In this document: positions 1 through 9,284 of the stretch, one piece after another | How the letters are laid out: each line of letters begins with the position of its first letter | How positions within the stretch are numbered: position 1 is the stretch's first letter | Source: Planctomycetota bacterium | GTDB taxonomy: Bacteria; Planctomycetota; B15-G4; JADJEK01 | Direction of reading: 5' to 3' | Assembly: GCA_044225365.1 (NCBI GenBank) | Contig: JBGAIQ010000061.1 | Location: 1 to 31,360 of the forward strand | Length of the DNA: 31,360 bases | Made by a program: the position numbers and the translations under genes | The notes under the pieces: generated by a model | What the model was told of the DNA's origin: nothing | Databases searched by the model: none | Seen by the model: only the letters and a program-made list of their open reading frames with translations

Positions 1-390
1 CGTCTCATCGATCTGCTCGAACATCCGGATCCGACCTTCGATCGGCGCGATCAGATCGTGACGTTCCTCAAGTCGAACCCCGATTCGCGAGCGGCGCCGA
101 TCCTCGTGCAGATCGCCAAGGCCGACGACTCGGACCGAAATCTGCGCACGGAGGCGGTCGCGGCTTTGGGATCGCTGCCGATCGCCGATTCGATCGCGGC
201 CCTGCAGGACCTCGCGCAGCTCTCGAAGATCGGGAATCTGCGGATCGAAGCGATGCGATCGCTGCACAAGATCCAGGGCAAGGACGTGCTCGACTTCGCC
301 CACAAGGTGCGCGAGAAGCTCGGCCCCGAGGATCAGATGTTCATTCAGTTCATCGACAACATCGACGCGCAGTACCGCACGAACCAGTGA
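1..390 (+). CDS. HEAT/PBS-lyase repeat protein, C-terminal part (5' end outside window)
   Basis: Frame is open from base 1 (RLIDLLEHPDPT...) to TGA at 390. HEAT-like helical pairs: LRTEAVAALGSL, LRIEAMRSLHKI. Confidence 0.7.
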   Translation, partial: RLIDLLEHPDPTFDRRDQIVTFLKSNPDSRAAPILVQIAKADDSDRNLRTEAVAALGSLPIADSIAALQDLAQLSKIGNLRIEAMRSLHKIQGKDVLDFAHKVREKLGPEDQMFIQFIDNIDAQYRTNQ

Positions 391-402
391 CCAGCGTCAC
401 GC

Positions 403-1101
403 TCAGTTGATCGTCACCCAGTTCGCGCCGTCGACGGCGGCCGCGGGCGCGCCGTTGATCGAGATCTTGGCCGTCATGTCGCCACCGGCGGTGAGAGCGG
501 CGTCGAAGGTCGGTATCGCGCTCGTGCCCTCATAGTTCTGGGCATTGCTCGTCTGGACGATCGTTCCGGTCTCGTTGACCGCGAACGCGCGGCGACCCGA
601 CGAACCGATCGACGCCGGCCAGGCGTAGACGATCCAGTAGTTCTCGCAGAGGTCGGGGTCGACGACGCCGCCGACCTTTCCGCCGGTTGCGTCCTCCGCG
701 ATTCCGGCGCCCGAGCTGTCCGGCAGGTACATCGCGAAGAAGTAGCCCGCCTTGTTCACGATCGAGTTGGCGACGTTGCCGAGGCTGACGGAAACGATCG
801 CCGGATCGAGCGGCATCGCCTGGCCCCGCAGATTCACCGAGCCCGACAGTTCGGACAAGTAGAGATACTCCCCGACTCCGTCGTTGTCCTCGTCGACCGC
901 GCACCGCGACTGAGCCTGGGCCTGCGCGCTCGTGATTGCACGCAGCGTCGCGATCGCGGCCGTCTCGTTCGCCGTGACGCGCGACGAGAGGAGATTGGGG
1001 ATCGCCATCGAGGCAATGACCGCGATGATCGCGACGACCATCATCATCTCGATCAGTGTGAATCCGCGACGAGAGAGAGTTCGAGTTCGGGGAGAGAGCA
1101 T
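403..1101 (-). CDS. Type IV pilin-like protein (prepilin N-terminal cleavage/methylation motif), copy 2
   Basis: RRG|FTLIEMMMVVAIIAVIASMAIP class III signal peptide with E+5; 232 aa; clear paralog of 1272..1949. Confidence 0.9.
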   Translation of the reverse strand: MLSPRTRTLSRRGFTLIEMMMVVAIIAVIASMAIPNLLSSRVTANETAAIATLRAITSAQAQAQSRCAVDEDNDGVGEYLYLSELSGSVNLRGQAMPLDPAIVSVSLGNVANSIVNKAGYFFAMYLPDSSGAGIAEDATGGKVGGVVDPDLCENYWIVYAWPASIGSSGRRAFAVNETGTIVQTSNAQNYEGTSAIPTFDAALTAGGDMTAKISINGAPAAAVDGANWVTIN

Positions 1102-1173
1102 GTGTGGTTACCCTTCGTCTTCTTTGCGCACTCCGGGCGCGCCCTGCGCCCGGATGAGTTCGTGAGATCGGAT

Positions 1174-1218
1174 GAGAAAAGAGCCCGTCGCGCTGGGACA
1201 GCTCGACGGGCTCTTCTC
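1174..1218 (-). terminator. Intrinsic terminator downstream of pilin copy 1
   Basis: Minus strand GAAGAGCCCGTCG-agctgtcccagcg-CGACGGGCTCTTTTCTC: GC stem followed by a U run. Confidence 0.75.
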
Positions 1219-1271
1219 GATTCGGATCGGATCGCACGGGCGATCCACTCGCCCGTGCTCGGTTCGATCGA

Positions 1272-1949
1272 TCAGTTCACGTTCACCCAGACGAAGCCGT
1301 CGGTGGACGTCGCGCTCGCGCCGATCGCGAGCTTGCCCGTCATGTCGTCACCGCTGACGTAGGCCTCGAGGCCCGTCGGCTGCTTCGTCGTTCCGTCGTA
1401 ACCGGAAGCCGGACCCGTCTGAAGCAGGTCGCCGCTCTGGTTGACCATGAACGCGCGGTTGCCCGTGTTGCCGAGATTGACCGGCCACGCGTAGCAGCAC
1501 CAGGTGTTCTCGCAGAGGTCCGCACCGAGCGCGCCCGCCGTGAACCCGCCGTTTGCATTCTCAGGAACCGGCGCACCCGCCGTGTCCGGGAGGAACATCT
1601 GGAAGAAGTAACCGGCCTTCTGGACGAAGCCGTTCGCGTCGACGATGCCGAGCGCGCCGGAGAGGACCGGCGGCGCGAGCTGGACACCCGTGCTGCGCAG
1701 AGCCACGGTGCCCGCCATCTCGCCGAACGAACCATGCTCGCCGATGCCGTCCGAATCCTCGTCGATCGCGGCCTGCGACTGGACCTGCGCCTGAGCGGAG
1801 ACCACGTTGCGCAGGGTCGAGATCGCCGCCGCCTCGTTCGCGTTGAGGCGAGCGGACAGCAGGTTCGGGATAGCGATCGATGCGATGATCGCGATGATCG
1901 CTACGACGATCATGAGTTCGATCAACGTGAAACCCTTGTTGTGCTTCAT
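1272..1949 (-). CDS. Type IVa pilin-like protein, copy 1 (probable major pilin)
   Basis: MKHNKG|FTLIELMIVVAIIAIIASIAIP: short leader, G|F cleavage site, E+5; 225 aa. Confidence 0.92.
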   Translation of the reverse strand: MKHNKGFTLIELMIVVAIIAIIASIAIPNLLSARLNANEAAAISTLRNVVSAQAQVQSQAAIDEDSDGIGEHGSFGEMAGTVALRSTGVQLAPPVLSGALGIVDANGFVQKAGYFFQMFLPDTAGAPVPENANGGFTAGALGADLCENTWCCYAWPVNLGNTGNRAFMVNQSGDLLQTGPASGYDGTTKQPTGLEAYVSGDDMTGKLAIGASATSTDGFVWVNVN

Positions 1950-2051
1950 TGGTGATGCCCTTCACGTTTCTATGCGGTAGGCGCCGGTTCGCGGCGCCGC
2001 CGTCTGCCTAGGTTGTGGAGCGACGACACTCGTCGTCACCCAGATTCGGAA

Positions 2052-2780
2052 TCAGGGCGCGGGGAGCCAGGGGAACGCTTTCGCAAGCGGCCCCGGACTC
2101 TGCCGGAACAGCGGATCGAGTGGATCACTCGAGTACGCTCGCCCCAACCCTTGTCCAAAATCTGTATCGTCCCCGAGACCCAAGTGGCTGTAGGCAGAAA
2201 TCAGGTATCCGACTGCGGGGCGAATATTGTCGGCGACGATCTGCTCGCCGAGGTGGAGCGCCTCTCGGAATCGACCCGCGCCGAGGTAGAGCTCCGCGAG
2301 CCGGATGTGCAAATCGGTGATCAGGTCCTGGCGCTGCGTGCGCTCGAGGGTGGCCGCGCCCTTCTCGTAGTGCTCGAGCGATGCTGCCCAGTCCTTCGCC
2401 GCGAACGCCGCGAAACCGTAGTAGAGGTGGGCTTCGCCATTGTCGGGCTCGCTCTTCAGCACGACGTCGAGATGCCTCGTCGCCAATGCGAGATCGTCGT
2501 CGACGAACGCAAGACGCGCTTCGAGCAGTCGAACTGCAGGATCGTCGGGCGCCTTCTCCGCCGCGTGCGAGACCTGTTCACGTGCGTAGTCGACCGCACC
2601 CATCTGGAGCGCGAACGACGCCGAGCCGCAGAGCGTCGCGAGGTCGGCGCCGGGCTTGTAGACGACCCCCGCAATCGCGAGCGTGAGCCCGATCGCAGCG
2701 GTCGCCGACCAGGCGACGATTCTCGCCATGTCGCGCGGCTTCTTCGGCCGCGAAGCCGCGCCGACTGCGGTATCACCCAT
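2052..2780 (-). CDS. Membrane-anchored tetratricopeptide repeat protein
   Basis: N-terminal hydrophobic segment, then TPR-like helices (EPDNGEAHLYYG, LAELYLGAGRFREAL); start overlaps the pilC stop. Confidence 0.75.
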   Translation of the reverse strand: MGDTAVGAASRPKKPRDMARIVAWSATAAIGLTLAIAGVVYKPGADLATLCGSASFALQMGAVDYAREQVSHAAEKAPDDPAVRLLEARLAFVDDDLALATRHLDVVLKSEPDNGEAHLYYGFAAFAAKDWAASLEHYEKGAATLERTQRQDLITDLHIRLAELYLGAGRFREALHLGEQIVADNIRPAVGYLISAYSHLGLGDDTDFGQGLGRAYSSDPLDPLFRQSPGPLAKAFPWLPAP

Positions 2781-3996
2781 GGGTCAGCTTCTCCTGGATC
2801 TTGAAGATCGGGAGGAAGACGGCGAGCACGATCGTGCCGACGAAGAGGCCCATGAACGCGATCATCAACGGTTCGATCAACGACGTCAGCGCCTTCACCT
2901 GCGCGGAGACCTGCTCGTCGTAGAACTCGGCGATCTTCTCGAGCAGGTGCTCGAGCGCGCCGGACTTCTCGCCGATCGAGATCATTCGGGTCACCATCGG
3001 CGGGAACACGGGGCTCGCGGCGAGCGGTTCGGAGAGCGAATGGCCCTCGCGAACATGATCCTTCGCGCCCGTGACGGCTTCCGAGACCACCTTGTTGCCG
3101 GCGGTGTCGGCGACGATGTCGAGGCAGCCCAGGATCGGCACGCCCGACTTGAGGAGCGTCGAGAACGTTCGCGAGAATCGCGCGAGCGCGACCTTGCGGA
3201 ACAGCGGTCCGAAGACGGGGGTCTTCAGCAGCATCGCGTCGAAGAAGTACGCGCCCTTCTTGGTGCGCTTGAAGAACGACGCCGTCATGAAGAACGCCGT
3301 GATGCCAGCGAGGACGAGGAGGCCGTTGTTGCGGACCGCATCCGACATCGCGAGCACGAACTTCGTGAGGCCCGGCAGCTCGATCTCGAGGGACTCGAAG
3401 ATCGGTCGGAACTGCGGCACGATGCCGATCATCAGGAACGCGGCGATCGCGATCACGAGGAACAGCGAGATGACGGGGTAGGTCATCGCGCTCTTGATCT
3501 CGCGCTTCAGCTTCTCTGCGCTCTCGAGATAGTCCGCGAGTCGCAACAGGATGTCATCGATCTGGCCGGAGACTTCGCCGGCCTTGATCATGTTCACGAA
3601 CAGCTCGGAGAACACCTTCGGGTGCTTGAGGAGCGCGCGCGACATGTCGGAGCCCTGCTTCACGTCGTCGGCGACCATGCGGAGCGTGGCCTGGAAGGCC
3701 GGGCTCTCCGCCTGCTCGACGAGGATCTGCAGTGCTTCGAGCAGCGTGATGCCCGAACCGATCATCGTGGCGAGCTGCCGGGTGAAGACGACGAGTTCCT
3801 CGCGCTTGCGGGGCTTGCCGGGCTTCACGACCTTGCGCGTCATCGCAGCGAAGCCGCCGCCGCTCTCCTTCAGTTCGAGGATCGTGAGGTTGCGCTTACG
3901 CAGTTCCCCCACCACCTCGTTCTGGTCGCTCGCCTGAAGCGAGCCGTTCACGGTGCGACCTTCCGTCGTCTTCGCGGAGTACTTGTAGGTCTTCAT
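2773..3996 (-). CDS. pilC: Type IV pilus inner-membrane platform protein PilC (GspF family)
   Basis: FTRQLATMIGSG, GEVSGQID, KIKS-like REIKSAMTYP, GEKSGAL, LIEPLMI motifs; directly follows pilB. Confidence 0.95.
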   Translation of the reverse strand: MKTYKYSAKTTEGRTVNGSLQASDQNEVVGELRKRNLTILELKESGGGFAAMTRKVVKPGKPRKREELVVFTRQLATMIGSGITLLEALQILVEQAESPAFQATLRMVADDVKQGSDMSRALLKHPKVFSELFVNMIKAGEVSGQIDDILLRLADYLESAEKLKREIKSAMTYPVISLFLVIAIAAFLMIGIVPQFRPIFESLEIELPGLTKFVLAMSDAVRNNGLLVLAGITAFFMTASFFKRTKKGAYFFDAMLLKTPVFGPLFRKVALARFSRTFSTLLKSGVPILGCLDIVADTAGNKVVSEAVTGAKDHVREGHSLSEPLAASPVFPPMVTRMISIGEKSGALEHLLEKIAEFYDEQVSAQVKALTSLIEPLMIAFMGLFVGTIVLAVFLPIFKIQEKLTHG

Positions 3997-4020
3997 GGTG
4001 CTCTTTCTGGATCCGTCCGA

Positions 4021-5733
4021 TCAGATATCGTCCGTCATCGTCACGCTCATGACCTCCTCGAGGGAGGTCCTTCCGCGCAGCGCAGCGAGGATCGCCGCGC
4101 GGCGGAGCGTGATCATTTCGTCCTTCAACGCCTGCTTCTTGATCTCGACGGCGGACTTGCCGGCGAGGATGATCTGCTTGATCGAGTCGTTGATGTTCAA
4201 CGTCTCGAGGATCGCGAAGCGACCCTTGTAACCCTGGTGGCAGCGCGAGCAGCCCACGGCCTGCTTGAGCTGCGCCGTCTGCGCTTCTTCGAGAGTGAAC
4301 CCGAGCGAGACGAGTCGTTCGACCGGGATGCTGACGTCGGTCGCGCAGTAGGTGCACAGCTTGCGACAGAGGCGCTGCGCGGCGACGAGGACGACGGAGG
4401 TCGCGACCAGGAACGGGTCGAGTCCCATGTCGATCATGCGCGTGATCGCCTGCGCGGAATCGTTGGTGTGGAGAGTCGAGAGGACGAGGTGTCCAGTGAG
4501 TGCAGCCTTCACCGCGATCTCGACCGTCTCCGCATCGCGGATCTCACCGATCAGGATGACGTCGGGGTCCTGGCGCAGGATCGAGCGTAGCGCCGCGGCG
4601 AAGGTCACTCCGCGCTTCGGATTCACGGGAACCTGATTGATCCCGTCGAGCTGATATTCGACGGGGTCCTCGACCGTGACGAAATTCGTCTCGATGTCGT
4701 AGAGCTCACGCACGACCGAATAGAGGGTCGTCGACTTTCCCGATCCAGTCGGACCCGTGATGAGGATCATTCCGTACGGCGCTCGGATCGAGGCCTGAAG
4801 GTCCTTCAGGTTCTTCTCCTCGAAGCCCAGCGAATCGAGGCTCTTCGCGAGGTTGCTGTTGTCGAGCACGCGCATCACGATCTTCTCGCCGTGCACGACC
4901 GGCAGGGTCGAGACGCGGAAGTCGATGTTGCGACCGTCGACCTTGACCTGGAACTTGCCATCCTGCGGCTTGCGCTTCTCGGCGATATCGAGGCCCGCCA
5001 TGATCTTCACGCGCGAGGCGATCGCGCTCGCCATGCTGCGCGGTGGAGCCTTCACGTCGCGGAGGATTCCGTCCTGCCGATAACGCACGCGCAGGACCTT
5101 CTCGAACGGCTCGATGTGGATGTCGGAGACGCCGTCGCGGATCGCGTTGACGATGAGGTGGTTCGCGACCTTGATGACGGGAGAGGTCTCCGTCGTCGCC
5201 TCGGCGAGGTCGACGTCGTCGGCGACCTCGTTCGGGTTTTCCTTCAGCGCGACTTCATCGTCGTCGCCGTCGCCGAGGAGTTCGTCGAGCGCCTGCTGGT
5301 CGTCGTGGAAGACGCGGCGGATCCCGTCGCGCATCGCGCGCTCGGATGCGAGGCAGAGACGAAGATCGCATTTGAGGAGGAGCTTGAGGTTGTCGATTTG
5401 GACGACGTTCGCGCTGTCGACGACGGCAACCGTGAGAACCTTGTTGAGTTTCGCGATCGGAAGCACGAGGTGCTGCTTCGCGATCTCCTCGGTGACGAGT
5501 TCGCGTAGTTCGGGCTCGACCGAAACGTGATCGAGATCGATCGGCGTGACGCCGGTCTCCCGCGACACGATTCCGAGGAGTTCCTTCTCGCCGAAGAGGC
5601 TGTGCTTGACCAGCATCTCGGAGAGCGGAACGTTCTCGCGACCCGCGAGGTCGAGCATCTCGACGAGCTTGGGCTCGTCGATGACCGCCGCGCGCTTCAA
5701 GGTCTGGGCCAGACGTCGATCGTAAGCCGACAC
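4021..5733 (-). CDS. pilB: Type IV pilus assembly ATPase PilB (GspE family)
   Basis: SDIHIEP, Walker A GPTGSGKS, TVEDPVE, LRQDPDVILIGEIRD, TGHLVLSTLH, Zn motif CTYC...CSRC. Confidence 0.95.
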   Translation of the reverse strand: MSAYDRRLAQTLKRAAVIDEPKLVEMLDLAGRENVPLSEMLVKHSLFGEKELLGIVSRETGVTPIDLDHVSVEPELRELVTEEIAKQHLVLPIAKLNKVLTVAVVDSANVVQIDNLKLLLKCDLRLCLASERAMRDGIRRVFHDDQQALDELLGDGDDDEVALKENPNEVADDVDLAEATTETSPVIKVANHLIVNAIRDGVSDIHIEPFEKVLRVRYRQDGILRDVKAPPRSMASAIASRVKIMAGLDIAEKRKPQDGKFQVKVDGRNIDFRVSTLPVVHGEKIVMRVLDNSNLAKSLDSLGFEEKNLKDLQASIRAPYGMILITGPTGSGKSTTLYSVVRELYDIETNFVTVEDPVEYQLDGINQVPVNPKRGVTFAAALRSILRQDPDVILIGEIRDAETVEIAVKAALTGHLVLSTLHTNDSAQAITRMIDMGLDPFLVATSVVLVAAQRLCRKLCTYCATDVSIPVERLVSLGFTLEEAQTAQLKQAVGCSRCHQGYKGRFAILETLNINDSIKQIILAGKSAVEIKKQALKDEMITLRRAAILAALRGRTSLEEVMSVTMTDDI

Positions 5734-5736
5734 GAA

Positions 5737-6801
5737 TCAGGCCCTCACCAAGAGCTGCTTCAGTTCTTCGGGCTTCGAGGAACGCGCCATTCCCTCTTCC
5801 TGCGTGATCTTGTTCGAGAGGATGGCTTCGGCGAGCGACGTATTCATCGTCTGCATTCCGAGCTTCTTGCTGGTTTGGATGATCGAGTAGATCTGGTGCG
5901 CCTTGTCGTCGCGAATGAGCGCGCGAACTGGCTGGTTCACGAGCATCACTTCGGAGACGAGCGCGCGGCCCTTGCCATGCGCGAGGGGAACGAGCTGCTG
6001 ACAGAAGACGGCTTCCAGCGTGAAGCTGAGCTGGGTTCGGATCTGCTGCTGTTGACTGTGCGGAAAGACGTCGATGATGCGATTGATCGTTTGTACGGCG
6101 TCCGAGGTATGCAGGGTTCCGAAGGTCAGGTGACCGGTCTCGGAGAGCACGAGTGCCGCCTCGATGGTCTCGAGATCGCGCATTTCGCCGATCAGGATGA
6201 CGTCGGGGTCTTGGCGTAGCACGGAGCGCAGCGAATTGCCGAACGCGTGGGTGTCGGCGCCGACCTCGCGCTGATTCACGAGAGCCTGCTTGTTGCCATG
6301 CAGGAACTCGATCGGGTCCTCGATCGTCACGATGTGACAAGGACGCGTTTGATTGATGTGGTCGAGCATCGCGGCGAGCGTCGTCGACTTGCCGGATCCC
6401 GTCGATCCGGTGACGAGGATGAGGCCGCGCGGCAATGCGCAGAGTTGCTCGCACACCTTGCGGGGCAGACCCAATTCCTCGAAGCCGAGGATGCGGTACG
6501 GGATGACACGAAGGACCGCGCCGACGGCACCTCTCTGGAGCATCACGTTGGTTCGAAACCGCCCGAGGTCCCGGATGCCGAAGGAGAAGTCGAGTTCGAG
6601 GTTCTTCTCGAATTTGGCGATCTGATCCTGCGTGAGGATCGAGTAGACGAGCGCCTTCGTCTCCTCGGGCATGAGCGCGTCGTAATCCGTCGACACGAGG
6701 CTGCCCGCGATTCGAATCTTGGGCGGCGCCCCCGCGCTGATGTGAAGATCGGAACCATTGCGCTGGACGAGCTGCTGTAGCAGCTCCTGCATCTGAACCA
6801 T
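5737..6801 (-). CDS. pilT: Type IV pilus retraction ATPase PilT
   Basis: GSDLHIS, GSTGSGKS, TIEDPIE, LRQDPD, ETGHL, AIRNLIRE-like PVRALIRD, GMQTM; 354 aa. Confidence 0.95.
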   Translation of the reverse strand: MVQMQELLQQLVQRNGSDLHISAGAPPKIRIAGSLVSTDYDALMPEETKALVYSILTQDQIAKFEKNLELDFSFGIRDLGRFRTNVMLQRGAVGAVLRVIPYRILGFEELGLPRKVCEQLCALPRGLILVTGSTGSGKSTTLAAMLDHINQTRPCHIVTIEDPIEFLHGNKQALVNQREVGADTHAFGNSLRSVLRQDPDVILIGEMRDLETIEAALVLSETGHLTFGTLHTSDAVQTINRIIDVFPHSQQQQIRTQLSFTLEAVFCQQLVPLAHGKGRALVSEVMLVNQPVRALIRDDKAHQIYSIIQTSKKLGMQTMNTSLAEAILSNKITQEEGMARSSKPEELKQLLVRA

Positions 6802-6848
6802 GCGCTCAACCCATCGCTTTGAACCGCCGGAAGGAGATCTGGTCTTCC

Positions 6849-6879
6849 TTATCGGCAGCCGATGGTCTTCGGGTTGAGG
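6849..6879 (-). promoter_or_regulatory. sigma28/FliA-like promoter upstream of pilT-pilB-pilC
   Basis: Minus strand CCTCAA-N17-GCCGATAA; the -10 box is an exact FliA consensus match and lies 48 nt before the ATG. Confidence 0.65.
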
Positions 6880-7151
6880 CGATTCACATCAACGCGCCCG
6901 CTCGGTCGTTCCGGAACGAGCCGACCTTGCCGGACGCCCGGCGGTTCGATGCGTAGGGGTCGACGGCTGTCGACCCGTCGTTGCGAAAACAGTCGACCCG
7001 CCCCTCGCACACCGCGTGTTCGTGGTCGATTGCGCGCACCGGCTGCCGGAGCCTTCGCGGAGAAAGACACGACGTCGAAGACCCGATGCCGCGCGGGAGC
7101 GCGGCGGTCCGACCGAAGCTACCGCGCCATCGGGCGCACAGCCGTTGGCCC

Positions 7152-9215
7152 CTACGAATCGTCTTCCAAAGCGCGTTCTGCCTTGTACGCCGCCGTCAAT
7201 TCCGCGGCGACGTGATGCGGGGCGACGTCGTAGTGCGACACTTCGAAGGTGAACGACCCCTCGCCGTGCGTGAACGAGCGAAGGTCCTGCGCGTAGGTCT
7301 GGATCTCCTTCAGCGGGACCTCCGCCGCGACGACCTGCATGTCGCCGATCGTGTCCATTCCCGTAATCCGGCCGCGTCGGGCGTTCAGGTCGGACGTCGC
7401 GTCACCCATGTACTTGTTCGGGACGACGGCCTGCAGATTCACGTGCGGCTCGAGAAGCACGGGCTTCGCCTTCTCGAAAGCGTCGCGAAACGCGCGCGCG
7501 CCGGCGATCTTGAACGACATCTCGTCCGAGTCGACGTCGTGAGCCTTGCCGTCGTAGACGGAGACGACGACGTCGACGACCGGATAACCCGCGATGACAC
7601 CCTTCGCCATCTGATCGAGCACGCCCTTCTCGATCGCAGGGATGAAATTCTTCGGCACGCTGCCGCCGTGGGTGTCGTCCTTGAACTCGAATCCCTTGCC
7701 GCGTTCGTTGCCCGAGACTCGCAGGAAGACCTCGGCGAACTGGCCGCGGCCTCCACTCTGCTTCTTGTGGCGATGATGTCCTTCGACTCCGCGCCCGAGC
7801 ACGGTCTCGCGTAGCGGCACTCGTGGGACTTTCGTCTCGATCTCGAGCTTGTAGCGCGCGTGGATCCGATGCAGCAGCGTCTGGAGATGAAGGCCCGAGA
7901 TGCCGCGCAAGATCAATTCGTGAGTCTGCGGATCGCGATCGAGGTTGAGCGTTGGATCTTCGGAGACGTACTTCCTCAGCGTCGTGACCATCTTCTGTTC
8001 GTCGGCCCGATTCTTTGCGTGAACCGCGAGCGCGACCATCGGGCGGGGCATCGGAGTGCGCGGAAAGACCACCGGGCTCGCCTCGGCGCACATTGTGTCG
8101 TCCGTTTCGAGCGTTTCGGTCTTCGGCAGGATGACGATGTCGCCCGCCTGCGCGAAATCGAGAGCCTCGTGTTCCTTGCCCTTCGGACGCAAGATGTGGC
8201 CCATCTTCTCGAGCTTGCCGGTGCGTACGTTCAGGTAGTGATCGTCGAGCTTGACCTGGCCCGTCACGACTCGGACGAAGCTGAGACGACCCACGTGCGG
8301 ATCGATCAGTGTCTTGAAGACGCGCGCCGCGAACGCGGTCCGCTTTCCGGGGTCGAGCGTCTCGAGCTTGCCACCGACGTCCGCTCCGGCCGCCGCCTGG
8401 AAGAATGGGCCTCGCATCGGCGACGGACAATCGTCGGCGAAGAAGTGGAGCAGATCCTCGACGCCGACATCTTTCGTCGCGGAGACGAACAGGATCGGCG
8501 TGAGCGAACCGCGAGCGATTCCCTCTTTCATCAGCGGAACGAGCTCTTCGAGCTTCGCCTCGCCGGTCTCGAGATACTTCTCCATCGTCTTCTCGTCGAG
8601 CGTGACGAGCGCCTCGACCAGGAGTTCGTGCGAGCGTCGCACGAGCTCCTCGAGCCCCGGCGGGACCTCGGCGGCGTCGCCGAACACGTCGACGATCCGC
8701 TGCAGCTTCGAGCCGCTGCCGATCGGCAGACTCGCCGGAACGCACTTCTCACCGAACGCCTCGTGGATCTGCTCGACGACGGAATCGATGTCGACGCCTT
8801 CCGAATCGACGTGCGTGACGACGATGAGCCGACCCTTCCCGGATTCGACGAGCGACTTCCAGATGCGTCGCGCATGGAAGGAGATGCCCGTCACCGCGTT
8901 CACGCAGAACACCGCCGTCTCGACCGCGCTGATCCCCGCGAGCGCCTCGCCGATGTGATCGGGGTAGCCGGGAGTATCGATGAAGTTCATCTCCCGCTTG
9001 TGGTCGACGGCGTGGTAGCACTTCATGAACAGCGAGTGCTTCTTCTCCCTCTCCTCCGGATCGAAATCCACTTGCGAGGTTCCGTCCGCAACGCTTCCGC
9101 GTCGCGCGAGGACACCCGCCTTGTGGAGAAGCGCTTCGAGCAGCGTCGTCTTCCCCGATCCGGAACTCCCGACGAACGCGAAATTGCGAATGTCCAGTGG
9201 CGCATATTTGGCCAT
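7152..9215 (-). CDS. fusA: Elongation factor G paralog (EF-G2/FusA-like)
   Basis: Full EF-G domain set (IRN..GKTT, DTPG, EDPTL, KKQSGGRGQF, HDVDS, LLEP, GEGSF). Start set to the ATG at 9215, which has a GGAGG RBS; 687 aa. Confidence 0.9.
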   Translation of the reverse strand: MAKYAPLDIRNFAFVGSSGSGKTTLLEALLHKAGVLARRGSVADGTSQVDFDPEEREKKHSLFMKCYHAVDHKREMNFIDTPGYPDHIGEALAGISAVETAVFCVNAVTGISFHARRIWKSLVESGKGRLIVVTHVDSEGVDIDSVVEQIHEAFGEKCVPASLPIGSGSKLQRIVDVFGDAAEVPPGLEELVRRSHELLVEALVTLDEKTMEKYLETGEAKLEELVPLMKEGIARGSLTPILFVSATKDVGVEDLLHFFADDCPSPMRGPFFQAAAGADVGGKLETLDPGKRTAFAARVFKTLIDPHVGRLSFVRVVTGQVKLDDHYLNVRTGKLEKMGHILRPKGKEHEALDFAQAGDIVILPKTETLETDDTMCAEASPVVFPRTPMPRPMVALAVHAKNRADEQKMVTTLRKYVSEDPTLNLDRDPQTHELILRGISGLHLQTLLHRIHARYKLEIETKVPRVPLRETVLGRGVEGHHRHKKQSGGRGQFAEVFLRVSGNERGKGFEFKDDTHGGSVPKNFIPAIEKGVLDQMAKGVIAGYPVVDVVVSVYDGKAHDVDSDEMSFKIAGARAFRDAFEKAKPVLLEPHVNLQAVVPNKYMGDATSDLNARRGRITGMDTIGDMQVVAAEVPLKEIQTYAQDLRSFTHGEGSFTFEVSHYDVAPHHVAAELTAAYKAERALEDDS

Positions 9216-9255
9216 CGATACCTCCAGTTGCGTGAAGGGACCTTCGAGCGAGAAG

Positions 9256-9284
9256 AGTCTATCCGACCCCGCGTGCGCCGTTAA
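9256..9284 (-). promoter_or_regulatory. Possible sigma70 promoter for the EF-G paralog
   Basis: TTAACG-N17-TAGACT on the minus strand. Confidence 0.4.

Noticed and set aside
1950-2051. sigma54 (-24/-12) promoter for the pilin
   Set aside because: No TGGCAC-N5-TTGC or convincing GG-N10-GC match.
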